Numbered from the stretch's first letter, positions 40,767-54,950 are shown. The stretch: DNA of 64,000 nucleotides from Chrysomallon squamiferum (GCA_012295275.1 CM022670.1:33914001-33978000), one strand, 5' to 3'. Notes: generated by a model from the letters alone, not told the origin. Program-made: numbers and translations.

Positions 40767-40790
40767 ATGATGTGTGAAAGCTGTATTTTT
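40767..40790 (+). CDS. PTK2: Candidate short alternative first coding exon of FAK: MMCESCIF
   Basis: gagATG ATG ... TTT|GTAAGT, phase 0; short, so it could be chance. Confidence 0.35.
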
Positions 40791-41665
40791 GTAAGTTTTG
40801 CGGGGGTGTTTTTGTTTTATTGCAGTTTAAGTACACTTTGTATGGGTCTTTTTTCCTTTTTTTGAATTTTTTTTTTTTTTCATTTCATTTATTTATCTAT
40901 TTGTTATTGTTATTGTGGTTATTATTATTGTTACTCACTTGTTGTTGTTGTTATTATTACTATAATTATTTTTGAATAGTTATCATTCTCAAAACTTTTT
41001 CCTAATCATGATTAATTCAGTAATCTTAGTTCTATTTTAAATATTGTTCTTTGTATTTAATAACTTTTCAGTTAATCACTTTTTAATTTTAATTTAGATA
41101 AATATCCTTATTTATGCCTGTGTGTATGCTGTGATACAGATAATCCTTTTGTACCTTTGGGGGATTACTTACAATTTATACATATGTATATATAATCAAG
41201 GATCAGTGAACTAAGTACATTAAGTATTACATTTATGATGGTAACTGCCAAACCCTGTGGCATGTATTAGAATTTTTAATTGTTAGCTGTATATTTTTGC
41301 TTATAAAGCCTTTCCATGGAATTACATTTATTGACATAATCATTAATGAACAGTAACAATTGCATGAATGTAAGAAGATGTCTTTGAAAAATGTAGAATT
41401 AGTAGAGATAATCTTGTTTGTTTTATTTCACTGTCTTAAATGCCAAAACAAGCATAGATCTTATGTTGAAAAGGATATTTTTGCTGTTTTTTTATTTTAT
41501 TTATTAATTTACTTTTATTTACATCTTTGATCCAGTTATTAGAAGAAGAAAATCAACAACTACCCAAACTGATGCTGATATATTTATTTTTATATCTAAA
41601 TAAGAAGTGTATTTGATGTTAATTGTGTTCATTCCGTCTGATTTTCTTAATTTTTCATTTTTCAG

Positions 41666-41872
41666 ATTGCAAGATGGAGTCGCTTGTGGAGATTCATACA
41701 TGAAGGTGAATGTGGCACCTGTACAGAAATTGTGCTTGACCCTGACCTTGATCCTAGCTCTGATCTTGACCCAAGGGTCAAGAAATTTCTAATGGACAGG
41801 TCAATTCTGAAAGTACATCTCCCAAACGGGGGGTTCAATATGGTGAAATACGGTGATGCCACTGATGTCAAG
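41666..41872 (+). CDS. PTK2: FAK common exon, start of FERM F1 lobe
   Basis: ttttcAG / AAG|GTGAGG, 207 nt, phase 0-0; MDRSILKVHLPNGGFNMVKYGDATDVK matches FAK 'LKV...GDATDV'. Confidence 0.92.
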
Positions 41873-44800
41873 GTGAGGCTGGAATACTTTTTCTGCTTTA
41901 AAATTCTTCTTCGTAATACAAAATAACAAACATGGATTACTCTAAGATGACAGGCATAATGGTTTTACACAATGTCACAAATTTCTTGCTGCAAAAGGAA
42001 ATAATGCCAGATGCCAAGAAGGGAAGTAGTTTTGGTTGTTTATTGTTGTATTTGTCCCTCTTGATTGCCCCTACAATTCAGCTAACACGCTAACATGTCT
42101 GTCTGCTAATACCTTGGGATTTAACACATGGTATATAATTAACATGGTAAATAACAGAATTTCACTTATGTCTTACTTCTATCTCCAGATTGTTGTTTCA
42201 TTTTTGACTGGTGGCATAATCTTTTCTGATGACTGCATATGACAATACAAGAGAATATATATGCTGACATTAGTTTCTTTTCTTTCATTGTAATACCATT
42301 TTGTGTGGAAAATTCCTGACCGCCTGAATAAATCATTGCAAAATAGTCACATATTCAGTCTGTTAGGGTTTTTGTTACTATATTGCTCTCTTCAGAATGA
42401 TAAGCTAAATGGGAAAATGGGTAATATTCTCATGAGTTTGGTATTTTATGATTGTACTTTACTATTAATAAAGATTGTTCATTCAAAAAGAACAAATAAA
42501 ACAGTGTCTTGAAAGTACATAAACAGTTATTAGACTGTATTTTTTAATGTGTATTAAGTCTTTTGTAAAATATTGCTTTAAGATCCATCTGAAGAGACAG
42601 AAAAACAAAAGAGCTAACATCAGACTTATATTTATTATTATTAAACTTCTAATCTTTGTGGAATAAGTGTAATTACCTTCCTAAAAAAGATAAAAGTAAA
42701 AGTAAAGCATTATCCAAAAATATAAAGTAAGAATGTAGTTTTTTTATTTGTGTACAAAAATATAGTATTTTATGTCAGTAACATACATTTTCTGTGAAAG
42801 AGTGGTATTAAATATTCATGTATTACAAACTCTGATTTAAAAAAAAAAAAACAAAAACAACACAACAACAAAAACATTCTAATTCCTTTTTATGTTGAAA
42901 TGATTATGAAATATTTATGAACATTTTATACTTCAGTATATTTAGTTGCATTGTATTTCCTTCAGTTATAAAGATGAAAGTAAACTGGGATTTATAGTTC
43001 ACTGCACCAACTGTGATAGCATTTCTTTCTTTAACATGAATCCAGAAACTTACAGGTTAGCTGTATTAGTCATTTTGCTTTTGTAATCTAGAATCATTTC
43101 ATTGTGGACTTGGGATGTTTCGTCTTTTTGAATATTTAAAAAAAAAAAAAAAAAGAAAGAAAGAAAAAAGAAGAAGAAGCAGGATTTATCTGACTACAGG
43201 AAATGATGAAACTTGTCCACTGAAAGAAATGAACATGAAATGTGCTTGTTTTGCATTATGGTATATTCATTTAAGTTAGGAAGTGAGAATGGATTTAGAA
43301 TTTCTTTTTGTCTAATATAATAAAGGTAATTTACCACTGGAAACTATTTAAACATTCTGCCCTAGAGAAATGCCATATTTGGTGAATATGAAAATACATT
43401 TGTATTTCATTATGATGTGTTCCTTTTAAGCCAGGAATTAACCCAGAAAGTATCTGTCATTTTTCTTCAAGTTTTTTGTTTTTGATGAAAACCAGATGTT
43501 ATAGTCACTTTGTCAGAATGGTATTTTGTGTTTTTCTATTATTTTTGCATGTCCTGCACTTAAATATTTTGCCTTCTAAACAGTTTGACCCTCCTTGACC
43601 CTTTTAGCAACTAGCTATCAAACAAAATATAATTGGATACAGGCCATGTGGCCACACTACTTTTTTGATGTAGAAAGGTAGAAACTGTACATTATTAAGC
43701 ACTCTGATGATGGAAGTGAACACATGCAGTGCTTGCATTGTAATTGATAACAGTTCCAGGTACTCAGAGGAATTAACAGGTTATTTGCAAGATTGGAATC
43801 TGCTTTCATTTAATTGTGTATTTTACACTGATTTTGTTAATTGTGCATAGCAAGGCATCTCTTAAAGATACCACAACTATGCTAATAAACTGACAACTTG
43901 TAATCACATTTTTCATGAAGATCTTGTTTATTTTGTATGTGTCCGTGAGCATGTATCTGTGTGTATGTTTGTTTTTAAATATATATATATTTGTGATTTG
44001 TCTTGATACGATTATCAGTATGTGAAAATATTAAATATTGTGACAACACTTAATGACGTATGTACATAAATTGTTGTCTCCTGATATCCTTGCAGAGATT
44101 AATTTAGGTTAATATGCTTTCATCGATAGTTCTTTTTTTATATCTCAAACAGAATTGTTTTAAACAGGTTATATTTATTTTATTTTATTTTTTGCTTTTA
44201 ACCTTAACTAGAAATTTCAAAAAGTCAAAATTATGTTTGAAAACCCCCAGTAGAAACGAAAACAAAACAAACCACTCAGATGTTTATACACAAAAACTGT
44301 ATGGGTTAAAGGTTAATTCCTGCAGTAATTTCAGAGACCAAAGGCAGTTTTTAGGTTATCGCATATGATAAACAATAAACAATATATTACAAAATGGACA
44401 GGAATACCTTTCACCTGGGGGTTTTCACTTGGCAGTAGATGGTACCAACCTGACAGATCTTCACCAAGCCTTTCAACAAGTTGTTTCTGTTGGAGATACG
44501 TTTTACTCACCTGTCAATTACAGGCACAGATAAGATCTAGCTTAACTTAAAACAAACCTCCAGGCTGCGGTGGCTGTACTGGCTGTTTTAGGTAATGCTG
44601 ACCAGTTTGAAACAAAATAATAATAAATAAAAAATTCCAGTCAGTGTAAATTAGTTGAAACTTTGTGAGAAGACATAACAGTAGAATGAAAGCTTTAGGT
44701 TCACACAAAGCTGCAGGATCAGATAATTTATTTTATTTCCCATTCTAGACATTCTTCTGCAGCTGTGCATATAAGATGTCTCTTGGTGCTAACTCCATAC

Positions 44801-45796
44801 ATTTCTTTTATAGGTGTTACAAGATAATGCATGGTTTACAACAAATACTATTGTTACTTTAAAATTTTAAAATATATTTTTAACTTTGTATGTGTGTGTG
44901 TGTGTTTCATCCTAGGATGGTGTTCATGTTAATTTGAATGTAAAATCAATAAAAAGAAAAAAGTGACGATGACATTGTAAATTTATATAAAAGTTACTCC
45001 AGGCATTCAGTAATAACATGTTCTTTTTCAGTATTTAAAATTTAATAAATAAAAAAAAAGGTGTGGCTACTGCTTTGAGATTTTTCAAATATTTCTGTTA
45101 AATTTACCTTAAAGATATCTTTACATGTCTGAAATGAAATCTTATTTCAGTTTAGAAATAAGCTACTAATTCTTCAATTTGTTTTAACATCCTTTAAGCT
45201 GGGTATACCTCAGGAGGCAGTTAACAATATCTCACCATTTTCTGAAAAAATACAAGCAACTTCTGCATTGTCAGTAATTATAAGTGGAAGCCATGTGCCT
45301 GAGTCAGTTAAGAAGTTCAGGAAATGAGTTTAATATAGCCTTGAGACAGGATATCTCTGTACACTTACATATCAACTGTGGCATGGCTTGTGGTTAACAT
45401 TTACTTGTCTATTGTGTGGTACACCCTTTTCACAACTACTGGATTAGTTTTATTATTGACCTATCAAGCCTGTGACATTCTTATAAGCAGTAGATACAGA
45501 AAAGGAAAACCTCAGTACTTGTATGTTTAATGGGATTGGGAGGGATGGGGCTATATTCATTGATATTATGCCAAACTGTCAATCATATTAAACCATCCTT
45601 TAGTATAGATTATTATTTATTTATACACTAATCTTTGTATATCATAACTCAAAATAGTGTTTATGAAAATGATATTTCTTGAAATAGTGTTAATATTAAT
45701 CAACAAATCAACCATATACATGAACATTTTCAGTTATATTCAAAATTAAGTTTTTACCTAAATTTACTTACAATTTTTAAAGTTATTAGATATCAT

Positions 45797-45800
<4 letters not shown>

Positions 45801-45860
<60 letters not shown>
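45801..45860. repeat. (TC)30 microsatellite
   Basis: Perfect TC run. Confidence 0.97.
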
Positions 45861-45863
<3 letters not shown>

Positions 45864-47463
45864 AGACATACTTACCCATGCATATTCTGCTATTTCAGTT
45901 TTTTTTCTCTATTTCTCTTTCTTTATCATTTTCTTTTTCTTATTTTTTTTTTTCTATGTCTTTTTATCTCTTTTATCTCTCTTCAATTCTTCCCTTCAAT
46001 TTAATCTTTGTTTTAATTACTTTTCATCTTTAACTCATTTGTCCTTCTGCACTGGACTGTGTTAAGCACACAAATAAATTACAAATTCTGAAGCTGCAGA
46101 TCATTTTAGTTTAATGAACTTTGATTTGTTGTCACAATTTAAAGTCAGGGCTTTCTTGACATCTGTTCTTTTTTAGATGTACAGTTTTGTCTATTTGTCA
46201 GTAAAAAGTACCATTAAGTGAGCTAGCAGGAATTTTCTGTGAGTTCAGTGATGGTCAAGATATGATTAGAAAGCAGAAACAGATGTTGTTGTTCCTCTCT
46301 TTGAGAATTCCACAGATAAACTGCTGGATGGAAGCAGAAGATATTTTGCTTTGCCATAATAGGTCACAGATTTTGCAGTCTAACTTGTCAAATTGTCCAT
46401 GTATATTTGTCAGTTTGAGCATGAACTACATGTCTCTAGGCTCATTTTATTTTACAGCTGTCAAAACTACAGACAGATATTTCATTTATGAAACCAGCAT
46501 TATACACTGTCTTCATAACTTACAAAGCTGGCATTATATGTTCCATATTTAATATTTATGTAAAATGTTACCGTTCAAATGAACTGTTTGTTAAACCTGA
46601 CATTTGGCATTAACACTTACAATAAAGTTGTATGTTTTGTTTAATTAAAAAAGAACAGATACACTAAATGTGTAGTTGTAATTTGTAAATCAGCTTAAGC
46701 AGCTTGTCTATGAGGTAATAACATTATTATTCCCCACAAAATCTATATATACATTAATTAAAGCTAATTACCATGAATATCCAAAATACATTAATTAATT
46801 CATCTGATATTAATTATATGGGTATAATGTTAATTCAGAAATGTCTTCTGATATAGTGAAAAAAAAAAAAAATAATAATAATAATAAAAATTATTATTAT
46901 TATTATAATAATAAAAAATAATAAAAAATAAATAACTAAAAATGAAGATGTTACAGGTAGGCACTAATCTTTATGGTAATTCTTTATTGATAATCTTGAG
47001 TTTTCAGCTCTTATCACACGTATACATGCACTCTTGGAGTCTTGAAACATTAGCTATCTGGGTGGCCTTCAGATTAATTTGGAATGCTGTCTGGAAAGTA
47101 CATTTTTTAAAAAGGAAGCACAGTATATCTTTTACTGCATTACACAGGTTAATGATTGTGTTTACTAATATTTTCTAGATTTGATTTGATAATTTAGATT
47201 TTAGGTAATTTGTCTTTGTCATCTCTTTTTCTGTTTGTTTATATATCAGGCTTTTTATTTATTTATTTATTTATTTATTTATCATTTTCAATTTTAACTG
47301 GTAATTTGGGGAATAATTTGTAAAGTTGGTATTTTTAGAAATGTAATCCAGGTATTTGACCCATGATATTAGATAATGAATGAGTTATACATGTTGCAGA
47401 GACATTTTTAGTTCATTATTTCTTTTTCTCTTGCTGTCATTCTCCTTCTTTTTCTCTCTTCTC

Positions 47464-47473
<10 letters not shown>

Positions 47474-47547
<74 letters not shown>
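47474..47547. repeat. (GA)37 microsatellite
   Basis: Perfect GA run. Confidence 0.97.
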
Positions 47548-47550
<3 letters not shown>

Positions 47551-50176
47551 TAAATTATTTTAAAAAACTGTTTTTTTTGTAATAATTTCCTATTTGGTGT
47601 GTTTGTCTCTTTTTCTGACATCATGTTCTTTTATCTTTGAAATTATTTTTAATTCTACCTGAAAACAGCAAGTTACTTTTAAAATGTCTTAAGATAAAAG
47701 TATTTATTTATTTATTTATTTTTAACTTTAAGATAAAAACTTGGGTTTGTTTTAATTTATTTCTTTGTTGTTGTTTTTTTTTTTTTTTTACACTTTTTAA
47801 AATTTAGATTAAAATACAATCATAATTTACAGTAGTTAACACTACATAAATGTTATCTTTCATTTTTCTTGACAATACCTAATATTACTTTTAAAATATA
47901 TTACAATAAGAATTTGTTTGGAAATAATATATCATTATTCAATTTCTTTTTTTTTTTTTTTTTTTTTTGTGTTTTTGAATAAAATTATTGTAATTTATGA
48001 CAATTTATAATAATTAGCATAATAATAATAATAATAATAAAAGAAAAAAGTTCAACTGATAGGATTGGTGTTTTTTTTAATCAAATTAGATGGTTTTTAT
48101 GATTGCTTGCCAAAGGATACAATTCTCTAAAATATGTTTGCACTTCCATCTTCTATTTGCATCATGGAATATAGCATTGTTTACAGAGCTGTTGTGTTTT
48201 TGTGCATATCCATTGACAGCTGGCTCAAGAGCCTTTCATTTTTTTCATCTTGGCCATACTTTGCCTGCATTAGAAAATTAAGCAGGCATAGACTGTGGGA
48301 GCCATGTGGCCATCTGTTACCCTGGATAACTTGACACACTGATTGATTATGATTGTTCCATGGGTCACACATCCCTTCAGATAATTATCACTTGCTGCTG
48401 TCTGTTCTGTTATTAGTGGAAACTGCCTTCATCCCAGTGCTGACAGAACTGTTAGAGCCCTGATGTTTTCATGTTATTATTTTGGCAAATTGCGAGGTGG
48501 CATTCCACCAATTGGGAAAAACGTGCAGTGAGCAGTGTATGAATTATCTGGACAACTGCAGAATGGCTGAAATGTGTCTGTGACAAAACTGATTGGGCAT
48601 TTTGCTATGTTAGATTGTATGATAGGGCATGCTGACCAAAGATTTTAAATACTCTTGTGTTATGTCCATGTGACTGACTCGGCTGGTTTTGGTTCTAACT
48701 GACAGAACATACTTGGCTTCTTTCCAGGTTACTGCTGGATACCTAGTTCTTCATTCACTGACATCATTTTTTTTTTTTTTTTCACCCAAAACAACATTTT
48801 TTTTATATTCTGTGTTAAGTGAAATGACATTAATAAATTCTAAATGATAAATGATGAATGGTCCTGTCTGAGTTAATTAAGTTACCTTAAAAAAAATATA
48901 TAAAAAAGGAAAAAATAAAAGCTATAATATTACCATGATTTATGTTGTAAAAATGACAAACATCCACATTATGTAAATTTGATAAAACAAATATAACAGA
49001 TAATTTAATGAATGTTGAAAATAATTTAAAATCTGTAATTTTCAATATTAAACACAACTGTATAAATTACTCAGTTCATGTATTATTAATGATGGAGCTG
49101 CTGTTACATTCCTGTTTTACTGAATAGGACCTGCTGTGAATTTATATATTTATTGATAATGTCATTTTCAAACTGCTTTTGATTTATGAATTACTTACTT
49201 ATAAATTCCCATGTTGCTTTACAAAGGAATTAGCATTTAATCTGTCCCATTTTTTCATTTTAACTTATAAACTAGTGATAATTTCATATTCAAATTCTGA
49301 AAGTATTTTTAATGTGTATATTTTTTTTATTTATACATAATGTATTTTTCTGTGTATCACAAGGTGCTAATACTGCCAGACAAAAAACTTCTTTTAATCT
49401 GTTTCCTTCTTGAAATAAGATTTGCAGTTAATTTGTATTACTGTTTAACACAGAACTTGGCATTTAATCAACTTTTTAACTTAGCATGATAGCTATGTAT
49501 TACTTATATGATCACTTTCAAATATACTGGGTTCACTGCATCCTTCCTAACATCTGTCCTTTCCATCCATCCATCCATCCATCCATGCATACAATTACAA
49601 GATTGATGACTCTCAGATATTAGCTCTTCACAGAAGTCCACCAATTCAGATCAAAGCTGCATCACCACAAGTTCAGATCTTTGTAACAGGTGAACAGTTT
49701 GCGATAACATGAACCACAGAACATACTTCACAGTGACATATTTTTCTTATTGTTTCCACTTGACTACATATGGTGCTGTAGATACTGAGCAAGTGCTTCT
49801 CAGTGTATATTTACTTAATATGATGAGAGATAGTTAGTCTTACTTTCAAAGACGATATGTTTTTAATGTGCATTTGTTTCTAATGGTATGTATTTGAAGT
49901 TTTGTCTCATGTTCATGTTTTGAAAGATTTTTTTCTTATGTGAATGTAAAATATAGCTTAATAAAAAGTTTTGTTTTTATCATTTTAACATTATCATGGC
50001 TCTTTAGGATTCATAATGTTTCTTAAGTTATTTTTAAAAATTATTATTATTAAGATTATTTTTTTTTTGTAGAACTGTTATTTTATATATTTTTATTATT
50101 TTTGTACAAATTATTATCATCATCATAATTATTATTATTTATATTTATTTCTTTAGTTCTTGTGTTTGAATTTCAG

Positions 50177-50352
50177 GACATCATCAAGCTGGTTGTGGGC
50201 CGACTGGCAGCTGGTGAGAGATATTTTGCAAAATGTTTTGCCTTGAAGTTGGTGCACACTAAGTCCAATGAGAGCTATTGGCTTCACAATGATCTCACTA
50301 TGTACCAGGTTAGACAGAAGTATGAATCAAAACATCCCGAAGAAGAATGGAG
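50177..50352 (+). CDS. PTK2: FAK FERM exon (phase 0-2)
   Basis: tttcAG / AG|GTAACT; DIIKLVVGRL...YWLHNDLTMYQVRQKYESKHPEEEWR. Confidence 0.95.
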
Positions 50353-50691
50353 GTAACTTAATCTCCTGCACACTCATTTTCTATCTCACTGAAAGTCTGA
50401 CATGCACATTCATCATCTCCATCACTGACCATACAGCTGTAACATCTATTTTCATGCTTAGACATCTTTAAACATGCATTTACTCACCCATCATCTATGC
50501 ACACTCATTCACACTGCTCTAACGTTACTCATGCATAATATTCATACACACATACATACATGGACATCAACATATTACATATATATATAAAGGTAAATAA
50601 ACATCAGGAAAAACATTATTTGATAAAATACATATAATTTTTAATAAAATATAAATCATGTATAAAGCTGAATGATTATTGTTTTGTTCAG

Positions 50692-50779
50692 GTATGAACT
50701 GAGGGTACGATATCTTCCAAAAAACTTCCAGGAACTTTACTCCAAAGACAAGGTCACGTTTTACTACCTCTATGACCAG
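50692..50779 (+). CDS. PTK2: FAK FERM exon (phase 2-0)
   Basis: ttcAG / CAG|GTACAT; YELRVRYLPKNFQELYSKDKVTFYYLYDQ. Confidence 0.95.
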
Positions 50780-52215
50780 GTACATCATTATTTACTTATA
50801 TCTAAAATGTATTTATTTAAAAAAAAAAAAAAAAAAAAATTTCAATTTAATGTTTGTTTTACATTGAAACATAATTATTTAATCTTTAATCATTAATGAC
50901 ACCATATGAATATCTTATTAAAATTTATGGTTACATGATGAATCACAAACTACTTGTCAATAATTTAAAAAAAAAAAAAAATTGTTTTTTTTTTTTTTTT
51001 TGTTTTTGAGAAGGGGGTTTCAAAGAATTATGAGCCATTTAAATATAATATTTCCTTTAAAACAACCTAGATTTATTACTTAACAACTTTTCAGAAATCT
51101 AATAGAAAATGCAGATTGCAGAAAGAAAGCAGGAAATATCAAATTATGTCAGAAGTGATAAAAGAAAGACAGGCTCATACTGTTAAGGGAGTTAACTCTG
51201 AGATGAGTCATCTGGCGATCAAACATTAATATTGCCGTTTAATTAAGTTAGTTTCATGTTTGACCGCCAGATTAACATAAAGTGGCCAGAGTTTGCGTGC
51301 CACAGCTCCTTTCTGTGCCACTATTTGAACATTTAGTGGAGATATTTTAATTTACAACACTCTTTTGTTGTGTCTCATTGGGAGCCCTATTGATTTTCCA
51401 TTGTTCTCGGTGCATTTTTTGGCACAAATTATGGAAGTGAAGAAATCTGAGAACTGCTGGATTACATGACTAATTTCAAGCCTGTGGAAATGTCACACTG
51501 TTATTTGGCAGTTTGTGAAATGTAATCTTTTAGCATCGTTATGATTTATTTCTTCTTTGTTCGAAAACTGCAGTTTAATAACAATAATTAAACTTAACTT
51601 CATCTGAGTTGGTAACATTCATACAGCAGTTTTTCAAATAATGGTTAACTTTAATGTTTATTTATTTTTAAATTTATTTACTCTGTTTTATTAATTTCAT
51701 TGTAATTTCCTATAAATAATTTTAATTTTTGATCCGCTTTATCTGTAAAATGAAAACGTAAAAGCAAACATCTTGTAAATATCTAAAGATTTATTTGTAC
51801 GTAATTTTTTGTTTTTTACTAGTTTTCAAATATTGTAAAGATAAACAAGAAACTGCTTGTTACAAAACATCACTAAAATACTACTGAGTGGATGACGATT
51901 GTGATGGTGATGATAATAGATAGGCACAATAATATTAAAAACTGTCTCAGAGTTTGAAGAGGGTCAGAAAAACATATTAACACCAAATTTTACAAACACT
52001 ATATTTTGGTTTAATTAGTATAAAAAATAATAATAATAATAATAATTTCATCTGCTGCTTTTTCAAATATACGATTCTAAAAATAATAATAATAGGAAAA
52101 TAGGAAAAATCTGAATTATGAATTTGTAGCCAACATAAATCTATTCTGTAAAATGATAGAGATTTACTTGGTTTGTTTTAAATTACTTACTATTTAAACA
52201 ATATTGTGTCTGTAG

Positions 52216-52295
52216 GTGAGAAACGACTACATGCGTGATATAGCCGAACACATCGACCATGACATCGCAGTTAGACTGGGTTGTATAGAAATGAG
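52216..52295 (+). CDS. PTK2: FAK FERM exon (phase 0-2), absent from the ORF track
   Basis: tgtAG / AG|GTAAAA; VRNDYMRDIAEHIDHDIAVRLGCIEMR. Confidence 0.95.
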
Positions 52296-52533
52296 GTAAA
52301 ATTTCTTTTATGGGTTTTTTTCTGTTACAAAAACGAATAAAAGAAACAATAAACGAAAAAAAAAAAAAAAAATCTTACTCACTGTTGCCTGTTTCTAAAT
52401 TAGCATTTAAAATATTTTGAAAATAGTTAATACTTGATATTAATGATGACAATTTTAATGGATATGAACATTTTTCTTCTCATTTTTATAATTTGATTTT
52501 CTTAATTTTAAATAATTATATTTGTTTTTCAAG

Positions 52534-52651
52534 ACGTTTCTTCAAAGACATGCCTCAAGTTGCCCTAGACAAGAAATCCAACTTTGAGTATCTAGAAAAA
52601 GAAGTCGGATTAAAACGTTTTCTTCCAAAGTCTGTGATAGAGGGAATGAAG
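52534..52651 (+). CDS. PTK2: FAK FERM exon (phase 2-0)
   Basis: tttcaAG (AAG acceptor) / AAG|GTGAGT; RFFKDMPQVALDKKSNFEYLEKEVGLKRFLPKSVIEGMK. Confidence 0.95.
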
Positions 52652-53123
52652 GTGAGTGTTGCTATCTCAGTGTTTACTGTACAGCAACATGCTCTCAGCA
52701 CATCAACTCAACCAATATATCAGATAGCAACTTTAAATGTAAATCTTGATTACGATAACATCAAGGTTTCTCAGCTGAGCATTAAAACTTAAACGTATCT
52801 GAGGGATATATGTACATCTTGATTAAATGTAGATTTTTTAAAATGTTTTGTGGGTTTTTTTGTGTGGTTTTTGAAACATTATTGCTCTAGGTTAATATTA
52901 AAGTATGATAGTATGATTGATTATAAAAGTCTTGAGGCTGCACAGAAATTGTTAAAATTTTTAATTTTAATGGCAGTCTTTATTTGTCATAAATAAAAAT
53001 AAACATTAAATGAAAAGCTATGGAAATATGGACATTTATGGAAGAATAATAATTACAATTCATGGCTTAATTTTAGCAAAATATTATTACAAGTATTATT
53101 GGAGTTTTTTGTTCTTTTTCTAG

Positions 53124-53264
53124 CCAAAGTCTTTACGAAAACTTATCCAACATCATTTTCGGAATTATGCTCAGTTGACAGAATCAGAGTGTGTGTACAA
53201 ATTTTTCGAGACACTCTTCACTGTCCGAAAGTTTAATCATGAACGATTCAAGTGTGCTTTAGGA
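53124..53264 (+). CDS. PTK2: FAK FERM exon (phase 0-0) containing the F2 basic patch
   Basis: ttctAG / GGA|GTAAGT; PKSLRKLIQHHFRNYAQLTESECVYKFFETLFTVRKFNHERFKCALG (K|PKSLRK corresponds to vertebrate KAKTLRK). Confidence 0.95.
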
Positions 53265-53581
53265 GTAAGTATTTAAGTCTCTATATCCACACTTTCCTAT
53301 CTGAAAATGTTTAATTTCTTGATAGTGTTATGACCTTTGAAGAAAGGGAAAAGCTTTTTGATTCATTAGGTTTATTATCTTACTGATATTTAAAGTGTTT
53401 TTTTTTATACTGTAGTACTGTTAAACATTCATTCATTTATCTTTACATAATAACAGAAAAAAATAGGTTTTTATTTCATAAAGTTGATCAGAATAGATGT
53501 TGAATGCATTTGGTTGTGTAATTATTTTATTTTGTTTTGTTTTGTTTTATATAGTTTTTAATATTTATTTTTATGTTACAG

Positions 53582-53659
53582 TCTAGTTGGAGTATATATG
53601 TTGAAATAGTGATAGGACCAGATGTAGGCATCAGCTACTTAACTGAGAAAGCATCACTG
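53582..53659 (+). CDS. PTK2: FAK FERM exon (phase 0-0)
   Basis: ttacAG / CTG|GTAAGT; SSWSIYVEIVIGPDVGISYLTEKASL. Confidence 0.95.
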
Positions 53660-54083
53660 GTAAGTTTAAGCCTGATAATGTTAAAATACATTACAATCTT
53701 AGAATTGCTGGAAGATAATTTCCACATAAAATATTAAAATATTCAGTGTCCTGCAGCCTCAGCAATTAAAAATTTACATTAAGTAGAAATTACCATTAAT
53801 AATAATTTGAATGTTTCCCCATTAATATTATTCCTGGGTTTTTTTTTTTTAAATTCTCATAAATGGTGTATAATATCTCATGTCAGTAACACATTTCAAG
53901 ATGTATGGAAACAAAATGTCATCTCAATTTTTTTCTTTTATTTTCATTCAATTATTCATTCATTTTTTTTCTTTCTTTTTTTTTCTTTTAATTTTTACTT
54001 TGTTTTCTTTTCCATCTACATCATTTCACTTACCACAAAACACCTGTATACTAAACTCTTTTGAATTTTTTTTTATACTGCAG

Positions 54084-54297
54084 CCAACTCACATGGCCGA
54101 CTTTGTTCAAGTGCAGTCCATTCAGACAGTGTCCAGTCAGGACGGTAAAGGAATACTGCAGCTGAAGATAGCCGGGTCTTCAGAACCACTCATGATCACC
54201 TGTTCCTCTCTTGACATGGCAGAAGACATGGCAGACTTGATAGATGGGTACTGTCGATTGGTCCACGATGTCAGCGATTCACTCTGGAGTAGAAAAG
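54084..54297 (+). CDS. PTK2: FAK FERM F3 exon (phase 0-1), end of FERM domain
   Basis: ctgcAG / AAG|GTACTT; PTHMADFVQVQSIQ...LQLKIAGSSEPL...AEDMADLIDGYCRLV. Confidence 0.95.
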
Positions 54298-54909
54298 GTA
54301 CTTGTATGTTGTTTTGTATATTTTGATGTTAATTATATTTAATGTAATATGTGTTGGTAATATACACTGTATTTTTAAAACTCTGCCCAAAAAGGCTGTT
54401 CCAGAATGTATAATAAATGGAAGTTAAAGCTGAAAAGCTGGATGAAATTAAGTGTCGTAACATTTTATAAGACCAAATACTGTTTCTGGAATGGTCTTTA
54501 GCAGAGTTCACATGCTGCTGTGTATAAAGCAAGACTTTGACAGTTTTAGTTTGGTCGGGAAGAATCAAATGGAAATTTTAAAGTAATCAAAATGTGTCAG
54601 ACTGAATATTACCTTATTAAGTCATATCTCATTATTTGTGTATGTGCCAGATAAACATTATTAATACACAGCAGTGTATACTTGTATATATGTATTTACA
54701 TGTGTGTTGAGAAGTGAATATTCTATTGTTGCATCATGATATTTTAACCAACCTTTGTATGACATATATGTAATAATATATATAATTATTCATAAAGATG
54801 TTTTTATAAAAAGATAATTTTCAAAGAATCATTAAAATTTATTATTCTTATCCATCATTTTGGATGTACTTACTCAAGTATGGGCATGTGGAAAGATCCA
54901 TTTCAAATT

Positions 54910-54950
<41 letters not shown>

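Noticed and set aside
51227-51248. TAATATTGCCG resembling miR-8/miR-200
   Set aside because: Seed mismatch (family seed AAUACUG), and it lies in the hairpin loop rather than an arm
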